DNA of 64,000 nt from Gammaproteobacteria bacterium. Lineage in GTDB: Bacteria > Pseudomonadota > Gammaproteobacteria > Eutrophobiales > Eutrophobiaceae. The notes under the pieces are model-generated. The model was not told the origin of the DNA. It ran no database searches and saw only the letters and a list, made by a program, of their open reading frames with translations. Both the position numbers and the translations under genes were made by a program. Numbering within the stretch: the first letter of the stretch is position 1; every line of letters begins with the position of its first letter. Positions 57,487-64,000 of this stretch are shown in pieces. Location: positions 40,505 to 104,504 of the forward strand of contig JBFFIE010000002.1 in assembly GCA_041556555.1 (NCBI GenBank), in the 5' to 3' direction.

Positions 57487-58578
57487 ATGGGATTCAAGTG
57501 TGGTATTGTCGGTTTGCCCAATGTCGGTAAATCTACCCTGTTTAATGCATTGACCAATTCCGGCATTGATGCCGAAAACTATCCGTTCTGTACAATTGAC
57601 CCCAATATCGGGATTGTTCCGGTTCCGGATGCACGCCTGCAACAGCTGGCGAACATCGTGAAACCAGCCAGGGTGGTACCGGCGCACATGGAATTCGTCG
57701 ATATTGCAGGTCTTGTTGAAGGCGCTTCAAAAGGCGAGGGCCTTGGTAACAAGTTTCTTGCCCATATCCGGGAGAGTCATGCTATTGCCCAGGTTGTCCG
57801 CTGTTTCGAGAACGACAACATCGTCCATGTTGCCGGCAAAGTTGATCCGCTGTCTGATATCGAGGTCATCAATACCGAACTGTGTCTGGCCGATCAGGAA
57901 ACGGTTGATAGAGCGCTGCAGAAAGCAATCAAACTTGCACGTAGCGGAGACAAGGAAGGAAAAAAAATGCAGGATTTGCTGGAAAAGATCATGGCCCATC
58001 TCAATGAGGGTTTGCCTGTACGGTCACTTGGGTTAAGTGATGAAGAGTCCCTGGCCATCCAGGACCTGCATTTACTCACCGAAAAACCGACACTATATAT
58101 AGCCAATGTTGAGGAGGATGGATTAACTGACAATCCCTGGCTGGAGAAACTCAAGGCCTATGCTGATTCCGAGGGATCTGAAGTCATCCCGGTTTGTGCA
58201 GCCATCGAATCTGAAATTGCCGAACTGGACGAGAACAGCAAACAGGAATTTCTCGAATCACTGGGATTGCATGAACCAGGTCTGAACCGGATCATCCGTG
58301 CCGGTTTCCGTTTGCTTGGCCTGCAAACCTTTTTCACGGCGGGACCCAAGGAAGTGCGCGCCTGGACCATCCGGGTGGGTGCTACAGCACCGGAGGCTGC
58401 CGGGGTCATTCATAGTGATTTTGAACGCGGGTTTATCCGCGCAGAAGTTACAGCCTTTGAGGCCTATATCAAGTACAAGGGCGAACAGGGGGCCAGGGAG
58501 GCCGGCAAGTGGCGCTCAGAAGGCAAGGATTATATTGTCCAGGATGGCGATGTCATTTTATTCCGCTTTAATGTCTGA
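57487..58578 (+). CDS. ychF: Ribosome-binding ATPase YchF (EngD)
   Basis: 363 aa. [23 protein letters not shown] and a TGS C-terminal domain. Confidence 0.95.
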   Translation: MGFKCGIVGLPNVGKSTLFNALTNSGIDAENYPFCTIDPNIGIVPVPDARLQQLANIVKPARVVPAHMEFVDIAGLVEGASKGEGLGNKFLAHIRESHAIAQVVRCFENDNIVHVAGKVDPLSDIEVINTELCLADQETVDRALQKAIKLARSGDKEGKKMQDLLEKIMAHLNEGLPVRSLGLSDEESLAIQDLHLLTEKPTLYIANVEEDGLTDNPWLEKLKAYADSEGSEVIPVCAAIESEIAELDENSKQEFLESLGLHEPGLNRIIRAGFRLLGLQTFFTAGPKEVRAWTIRVGATAPEAAGVIHSDFERGFIRAEVTAFEAYIKYKGEQGAREAGKWRSEGKDYIVQDGDVILFRFNV

Positions 58579-58609
58579 AATCTGATCATTTCACGGTACA
58601 CTTTGGTGT

Positions 58610-59251
58610 ATGAGTAACGATGCCTTGCGCCGGGAAATTATTGCGACAGTCACACAATTCAATACCAGTGGCTTGAGTTTTGGTCGTTCCGGCAACCTCA
58701 GCACCCGCTCGGCCCAGGGGTTTCTGATTACACCCACGGGTGTCGCGTATGATCAACTGGCGGCAGAAGACATCATCGAAATGGATTATGCCGGCAATGT
58801 GATAGATGGCATGCTTAAACCTTCCAGCGAATGGATGATGCATCGTGCCATCTATCAGGCGCGTGAAGACATTAACGCGATTGTGCATGTGCATTCTCCG
58901 CACGCAACCGCGATGTCCTGCACCCGCAAACCCATCCCGGCGTTTCATTACATGGTAACTGCACTGGGTAGTGATTCCATTCCTTGTGCTGAGTACGCCA
59001 CCTTTGGTAGTGAGGAGCTTTCAGAAAATGCTGTTACTATACTAGCCGATTGCATGGCTTGTCTGCTTGCTAATCATGGTCAGATTGCAGTGGGTGAGGA
59101 TTTATCTACAGCCTTTCGATTTGCCGGAGAGGTCGAAAACCTCGCACATCAATATATCTTGAGCCTGCAGGCGGGCGGGCCGGTGTTGTTGAGTGATCAG
59201 GAAATGCAAATAAACATTGAAAAGTTCAAAACCTACGGCAAACAGGACTGA
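58610..59251 (+). CDS. Class II aldolase/adducin-family protein (fuculose-1-P aldolase / MtnB-like)
   Basis: 213 aa. Zinc His triad pattern (HVHSPHATA ... ANHG) of class II aldolases. Confidence 0.75.
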   Translation: MSNDALRREIIATVTQFNTSGLSFGRSGNLSTRSAQGFLITPTGVAYDQLAAEDIIEMDYAGNVIDGMLKPSSEWMMHRAIYQAREDINAIVHVHSPHATAMSCTRKPIPAFHYMVTALGSDSIPCAEYATFGSEELSENAVTILADCMACLLANHGQIAVGEDLSTAFRFAGEVENLAHQYILSLQAGGPVLLSDQEMQINIEKFKTYGKQD

Positions 59252-59262
59252 AAACTTTCTCC

Positions 59263-59706
59263 GTGTCTGGCGCCTTACGTCCTTTTCATCTTGCTATCCC
59301 GGTTGACAACATTGCAAACGCCCGCCGGTTCTATACTGGAATCCTGGGTTGCCGCGTTGGAAGGGAATCGGCACACTGGATCGACTTTAATTTTTTTGGT
59401 CATCAGGTGACTGCACATCTAATACCGGATGAAGTTAGTAATGTCCCAACAAATCCAGTGGATGGCGAAGCCATCCCGGTACGGCATTTTGGTATCGTTC
59501 TGCCATGGGATAACTGGCAAGCACTGGTAGAAAAGCTTGATAATCAAAATATCACTTATCTAATACGTCCGACCATACGTTTCAAGGGTGAAGCGGGAGA
59601 GCAGGCCACCTTGTTTATCAGGGATCCCAGTGGCAATGCCCTTGAGTTCAAGTCATTCAGGGATGATCAGAAACTGTTTGCCCGCAGTTCGGAACAGGGG
59701 GCATGA
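59263..59706 (+). CDS. VOC-family (glyoxalase/bleomycin-resistance/dioxygenase) protein
   Basis: 147 aa. FHLAIPVDNIANARRFYTGILGC and a paired beta-alpha-beta-beta-beta VOC module. Confidence 0.7.
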   Translation: MSGALRPFHLAIPVDNIANARRFYTGILGCRVGRESAHWIDFNFFGHQVTAHLIPDEVSNVPTNPVDGEAIPVRHFGIVLPWDNWQALVEKLDNQNITYLIRPTIRFKGEAGEQATLFIRDPSGNALEFKSFRDDQKLFARSSEQGA

Positions 59707-59969
59707 AACTCTCAGTCAAGATCATTCCCTCTTCATCCAGTACCTGCATCGCCGGTTGGTTGAATGATACCCTCAAGATCAGGGTCAGCGCGGCACCGGA
59801 AAAAGGGAAGGCCAATCAGCTGATTGAAAAAACCCTGGAAAAGGCATTGCAATTACCGCGCAATTCTGTATCCATCACCCACGGAAAAACTTCCTCGAAC
59901 AAAATCATAGAAATTGTATCCTTGAGCGAAGATGAAGTTTACAGACGGTTGTCAAAACCCGGTATGTAG
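59703..59969 (+). CDS. DUF167 (YggU) family protein
   Basis: 88 aa. LKIRVSAAPEKGKANQLIEKTLEKAL core. 4-bp overlap with the VOC gene. Confidence 0.7.
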   Translation: MKLSVKIIPSSSSTCIAGWLNDTLKIRVSAAPEKGKANQLIEKTLEKALQLPRNSVSITHGKTSSNKIIEIVSLSEDEVYRRLSKPGM

Positions 59970-59994
59970 TTATCAGTCAGAAGAGTCTTCTGGT

Positions 59995-60201
59995 TTACTC
60001 CAGATTAATCTTGCCGTTGATCTCTTCCTTGAGCCCGAGTTCATTTACCTCCAGTGTTATCTTTGCGCTGAAAGATTCATTGCCTTTCAGCTTGCCTGAA
60101 CGGAGTGCCTCATCAACAGCTTTTTCGATTTCCCGCTGGGAAGTGACGCCGACGTTCTTGAGGAATTTCCGGACGGTCATGTTAAAGGTATCTTCATTCA
60201 T
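59995..60201 (-). CDS. Small hypothetical protein (68 aa), divergent neighbour of the phasin gene
   Basis: ORF with a good AGGAGGA RBS 7 nt upstream of ATG (MNEDTFNMTVRKFLKNVGV...). No family recognised. Confidence 0.4.
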   Translation of the reverse strand: MNEDTFNMTVRKFLKNVGVTSQREIEKAVDEALRSGKLKGNESFSAKITLEVNELGLKEEINGKINLE

Positions 60202-60456
60202 AGATGCTTTCCTCCTGATTATGACCACAGCCTATGCCACACAATCCAGGAATCAAGGGGCCGGGGTCTAAAATCAAATATTTATTCAATAGAAATAGCA
60301 AACATTAACGAATGTAAGTACATACTATCACTAGAATAACGATATATACTGAATATTAGAGAATTAAGATATTATAAAAATAATGTTGCAATGCACAATC
60401 TCCTGGTCTATACTGCATCGCAACATCACATAAACTTTTATCTGAGGAGATAAAAC

Positions 60457-60768
60457 ATGAACTTCGAAATTGAAAAATTTGTAGCACCTATTCAGGAGCT
60501 GAATGCCCTGTATGTTGAAAATGTTGAGAAGCTGGCTGGTATCCAGTTGGAAGCACTGGAAGAAAGCGTTAATGCTGGCGTTGACTCACTGAAGAAGGCT
60601 TCCAGCGTCAAGGACATCGAAGGTGCCAAGAGCTACTTCGTTGGCCAGTCTGAAGCTGCCAAGGTTGCAGTTGAAAACGCCGTTGCACGTGGCAAGTCTG
60701 TAGCTGAGATCGTTCAGGCTTATCCTGCCAGCGTCAAAAAGATCCTGGATAGCGCCTTAGCTGCCTAA
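60457..60768 (+). CDS. Phasin-family protein (PHA granule-associated)
   Basis: 103 aa, Ala/Glu/Lys-rich amphipathic helices (AGIQLEALEESVNAGVDSLKKASSVKD...), phasin_2-like. A strongly AT-rich promoter lies upstream and a strong terminator downstream. Confidence 0.7.
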   Translation: MNFEIEKFVAPIQELNALYVENVEKLAGIQLEALEESVNAGVDSLKKASSVKDIEGAKSYFVGQSEAAKVAVENAVARGKSVAEIVQAYPASVKKILDSALAA

Positions 60769-60802
60769 CCTGGATAGTGACCTCACTCCTTTAAAGTCAC
60801 GG

Positions 60803-60832
60803 AAAAGCCGCCCTCAGGGCGGCTTTTTTATT
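60803..60832. terminator. Bidirectional rho-independent terminator (phasin / beta-propeller gene)
   Basis: AAAAGCCGCCC-tca-GGGCGGCTTTTTTATTT. Confidence 0.8.
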
Positions 60833-60845
60833 TCCTGAGTAATAT

Positions 60846-61733
60846 TTATTTAATGATACGGTAGGCAAGTAACTTATTGCTGTTCATCATTGGCAAAAGT
60901 ATCAATTGCCTATTGAGTATCACCTCATGATCCGCCATGCCTTGTTCGAGTGCCAGTAACAATTCAACATTACCCATATTATTAATGTGGTAAAGTTTGC
61001 CGGCCATCCAGTCAGTCACGTAGTACCCTCCCCTGAAATCACTTTCGACACCGTCCAGATTTCCAATGGGACTGCCATCACCAAGGGAAGATATCGACAT
61101 ATCATTGAATGAAACCCTGAGCATGTGGCCGGGGACTTCTGTGGCGAAACCATCTGTCATCGTCCCCCAGGCACCCACAGTCAGATAATCAGTCTCTGCC
61201 AGCAATCCATTGGGATTGAGCAGTCCTTCATCTTCAAGCCAGATCGTGAAATCGTATCCCCGCAGGCGGTGAATCCGGTTCATTACCATATCTGATACAT
61301 AGATGGAACCATCAACGGCGGACGTCACATCGTTCAGGAACTTCGCGTCATCAACCTTGTAGCGTTGGACGATTCTGGCATTAGGTATGTCGATTACCAC
61401 CAGAGTATCGATATCGGCAACATAAAGTTTGTTGCCATACAAGGCCAGACCCTTGGGTGCATCCAGTCCGGCAAGCCATTTTAGCTCGAGAAGTTCGCCG
61501 TCAAGAGAGATCCTGGAGATAAACCCGTTCCCGTCTTTTTCGGTGGGAGAGCCGTTAACGTTAGATACATAGAGAGAATTACTGGTCGGATGATAAACGA
61601 CTGATTCTGGATTCATAAGGCCTTCTGTTACCCAGGCTAGTTCAATGTCTGGACTTTCAGCATTTGCGGAAAGAGTTAGTAACAAAATAGATACTGCGCA
61701 AAATAATAATTTGAAGATTTTGTCTTCAATCAT
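60846..61733 (-). CDS. Secreted beta-propeller protein (SMP-30/gluconolactonase/LRE- or NHL-like repeats)
   Basis: 295 aa. Signal peptide (LLTLSANA). Repeated LYVSD / LYVADI / IYVSDM / YYVTD blade motifs. Confidence 0.55.
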   Translation of the reverse strand: MIEDKIFKLLFCAVSILLLTLSANAESPDIELAWVTEGLMNPESVVYHPTSNSLYVSNVNGSPTEKDGNGFISRISLDGELLELKWLAGLDAPKGLALYGNKLYVADIDTLVVIDIPNARIVQRYKVDDAKFLNDVTSAVDGSIYVSDMVMNRIHRLRGYDFTIWLEDEGLLNPNGLLAETDYLTVGAWGTMTDGFATEVPGHMLRVSFNDMSISSLGDGSPIGNLDGVESDFRGGYYVTDWMAGKLYHINNMGNVELLLALEQGMADHEVILNRQLILLPMMNSNKLLAYRIIK

Positions 61734-61747
61734 AATAACTCCCTTGA

Positions 61748-62545
61748 TTATTCAAAAAGTGTTTTGAGTTTTTCGCCTGGATCCGGTGCTGCCATAAAAG
61801 ACTCACCGACAAGGAATGCGTTGACATTATGTTTACGCATCAGGGCTACATCATCCTTACTGTGAATACCGCTTTCCGTGATCACGGTGCGGTCATGAAA
61901 CACATCCGGCAACAGCCCAATAGTAGTGTTGATGTCGGTTTCAAAAGTCCGGAGATTACGGTTATTGATTCCGATGAGTGGCAATCTCAAGACCAGCGCC
62001 CGTTCCAGTTCCTCGCGATCATGCACTTCCGGAAGTACGTCCATGCCCAGCATGGTCGACAGATCCGCCAGATCGCGCAACTTCTGGTCGTCCAGCGCAG
62101 AAACAATGAGAAGTATGCAATCTGCACCTAACAGACGTGACTCATAGATCTGATATGGATCGATCATGAAATCCTTGCGCAGGACCGGAAGTTCACAGGC
62201 CGCGCGTGCAGATTTCAAATACTCGTCGTCACCCTGGAAAAAGTCCCTGTCAGTTAATACCGAAAGGCATGTTGCGCCGGCATCAGCATAGCTTTTGGCA
62301 ATCGCAACCGGATCAAAATCCTTCCTTATCACACCCTTGCTGGGCGAGGCTTTTTTAATCTCGGCAATGATCGCAGGTTTTCCCTGACTGATCGTACGTT
62401 GCAGTGCCATTTCAAACCCCCGGGCCGGGGGGGAATCCTTGCACATTTCTACAAGTTCTGATTCGGGCAATACCTGTTTTCGTTCAGAGACCTCTTCTGT
62501 TTTGCGCGACAGAATCCGCCTGAGAATGTCGGGGGTATCTTGCAT
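61748..62545 (-). CDS. trpC: Indole-3-glycerol phosphate synthase
   Basis: 265 aa. [22 protein letters not shown] and [11 protein letters not shown] TrpC motifs. Confidence 0.95.
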   Translation of the reverse strand: MQDTPDILRRILSRKTEEVSERKQVLPESELVEMCKDSPPARGFEMALQRTISQGKPAIIAEIKKASPSKGVIRKDFDPVAIAKSYADAGATCLSVLTDRDFFQGDDEYLKSARAACELPVLRKDFMIDPYQIYESRLLGADCILLIVSALDDQKLRDLADLSTMLGMDVLPEVHDREELERALVLRLPLIGINNRNLRTFETDINTTIGLLPDVFHDRTVITESGIHSKDDVALMRKHNVNAFLVGESFMAAPDPGEKLKTLFE

Positions 62546-62550
62546 ATGAT

Positions 62551-63567
62551 TTAAAACGAGTTGCTGTGTTTGACCAGCAAATCCAGTTTTGATCTCGCGG
62601 CACCATTCTCGATGGACTTGATTGCCAGCATAATACCGGAACCAATAGTGTCACAAATACCCGCTGTGTAGATTGCGGCAGCGGCATTGAGTATTACAAT
62701 ATCACGGGCGGGGCCGGGTTGATTGTCCAGTACTGAAAGCATGGTCTGCAGGCTGTCGTTAATACCGTTTACTTCGATCGTTGAAATATCATGCAGTGGC
62801 AAGTCAAACTGATCCGGTGAGATCGTGTAGGATTCAATCTTTCCATCGACAAGTTCACAAACATCCGTCGGCGCAGAAATACTGATTTCATCCATGCCGT
62901 CCCTCGAGTGAACTACGAGAACATGATGACTGCCCAACTGTTGGAGAACACGAGCTATTTTTTCGAGCCATTCATTGCTGAAGACTCCGAGGACCTGATT
63001 GGGCGCCCCGGCCGGGTTGGTCAATGGGCCCAGCAGGTTAAAGATCGTTCGCACGCCCAGTTCCTTGCGCGGGCCAATGGCATGTTTCATCGCACTGTGA
63101 TGCAGGGGTGCGAACATGAAGCCTATGCCAACTGCTTCAATACAATCAGCAACCTGATCAGGTGTCAGATTGAGCCTGATACCGGCCGCTTCCAGCACAT
63201 CCGCACTGCCTGATTTACTGGAAACTGAACGGTTGCCATGCTTGGCAACCCGAGCACCGGCACCTGCGGTAACAAAGGCCACGGTAGTTGAAATATTAAA
63301 AGTATTGGTAGCATCACCGCCGGTACCGCAGGTATCGACGAGGTGTGTCGAGTTGACTTCGACGCGGTTCGAAAGTTGCCGCATGACATCGGCTGCTGCC
63401 GCTATCTCATCGACTGTTTCGCCTTTCATTCGCAATGCAATCAGGAAACCGGCGATTTGCGCCGGAGTACATTCTCCGGTCATGATGGCCTGCATGATCT
63501 GCTGCATTTGTTCGCCAGCGAGATCCTGCCTTTCAAGTAATAATTTCAGTCCGGTTTGTATATCCAT
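62551..63567 (-). CDS. trpD: Anthranilate phosphoribosyltransferase
   Basis: 338 aa. VDTCGTGGD and [23 protein letters not shown] motifs. Confidence 0.95.
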   Translation of the reverse strand: MDIQTGLKLLLERQDLAGEQMQQIMQAIMTGECTPAQIAGFLIALRMKGETVDEIAAAADVMRQLSNRVEVNSTHLVDTCGTGGDATNTFNISTTVAFVTAGAGARVAKHGNRSVSSKSGSADVLEAAGIRLNLTPDQVADCIEAVGIGFMFAPLHHSAMKHAIGPRKELGVRTIFNLLGPLTNPAGAPNQVLGVFSNEWLEKIARVLQQLGSHHVLVVHSRDGMDEISISAPTDVCELVDGKIESYTISPDQFDLPLHDISTIEVNGINDSLQTMLSVLDNQPGPARDIVILNAAAAIYTAGICDTIGSGIMLAIKSIENGAARSKLDLLVKHSNSF

Positions 63568-63583
63568 GTAAGATTGATGCGAA

Positions 63584-64000
63584 TTAACTATTTACCAGAA
63601 AATTTCTAAGCAGGTCATGACCGTAAGCAGTCAAGATAGATTCGGGATGAAACTGTACACCAATTACAGGAAGCTCCTTATGACGTACTCCCATGATCTC
63701 ATCGATGTTACCAACTCCATCTTCGGTCCATGCGGTAATCTCCAGACATTCAGGTAAGGTTTCTTTCTCGATCACAAGTGAGTGATAGCGTGTTGCCGTA
63801 AATGGCATATCGAGTCCGGAAAAAACATCAGTATTATTGTGATACACATCAGAAGTCTTGCCATGCATGATCTGGTTGGCGTGAACAATCCTGCCACCAA
63901 ATGCCTGGCCGATACACTGGTGACCCAGACAAACGCCAAGGATGGGTATCTTTCCCTTGAAATTACCGATAACGTCCAAAGAGATCCCGGCTTCGTTGGG
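63584..64000 (-). CDS. trpG: Anthranilate synthase component II (glutamine amidotransferase), 5' end beyond window
   Basis: Class I GATase triad region ILGVCLGHQ and a C-terminal HPES motif. The ORF runs to the window edge. Confidence 0.9.
   Translation of the reverse strand, partial: PNEAGISLDVIGNFKGKIPILGVCLGHQCIGQAFGGRIVHANQIMHGKTSDVYHNNTDVFSGLDMPFTATRYHSLVIEKETLPECLEITAWTEDGVGNIDEIMGVRHKELPVIGVQFHPESILTAYGHDLLRNFLVNS

Noticed and set aside
1-64000. Search for CRISPR arrays, cas genes, IS/transposase, integrase/recombinase, toxin-antitoxin pairs, restriction-modification or other defence systems
   Set aside because: No direct-repeat/spacer arrays, no transposase, integrase or Cas-like translations, and no small adjacent TA-like gene pairs were found in the ORF track or in the intergenic regions I read. 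The window appears to be core chromosome.

Overview
This 64-kb window is a core-chromosome stretch from a gammaproteobacterium, about 50% GC, with tightly packed operons and many start/stop overlaps. I call about 78 protein genes and 2 tRNAs, tRNA-Arg(CCG) and tRNA-Gln(UUG). All products were identified by reading the supplied translations against well-known families; no database search was run.

Several blocks match Pseudomonas-type gene order:
- gshB-tonB-yqgE-ruvX-pyrR-pyrB-pyrC' on the minus strand.
- hemCDXY.
- A prk / ParA-like / ferredoxin-reductase cluster, then msbA.
- A MoxR-DUF58-TgpA operon, then pmbA and uvrD.
- Two ComEA-like genes, an orphan TRAP binding protein, cytochrome c5, tRNA-Arg, purK-purE, dsbA, cytochrome c4, engB.
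- M48 peptidase, rpmE, xthA, an SH3 (YgiM-like) protein, prlC, a LemA + GIDE-like pair.
- An iron locus: bfr-bfd, a coiled-coil porin, FMN-bind + PepSY, fbpABC.
- gcvH-tpx-dgkA, an LpxR-like protein, a LEA lipoprotein.
- JAMM-moeB-prmC-prfA-hemA, then TPR-lolB-ispE-tRNA-Gln-prs-rplY-pth-ychF.
- A class II aldolase, VOC, DUF167, phasin, a beta-propeller protein, trpCDG.

Phosphoribulokinase, c-type cytochromes and a phasin suggest an autotrophic or chemolithotrophic lifestyle. I found no CRISPR array, IS element, integrase, toxin-antitoxin pair, rRNA, or recognisable defence island.

The items most worth a second look are:
- A convergent, gene-free 500-bp intergenic region (28755-29261) with three perfect DnaA boxes and an AT-rich tract. 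It is origin-like or datA-like.
- A JAMM/MPN protease overlapping MoeB with no visible sulfur-carrier gene.
- A ParA/MinD-like ATPase embedded in the prk cluster.
- A LemA + GIDE-like membrane protein carrying a canonical EF-hand loop.
- An iron-uptake and storage island with candidate Fur boxes.
- A 600-bp gene-free structured region after tRNA-Arg.

I cannot point to a clear, novel multi-gene system from sequence alone.
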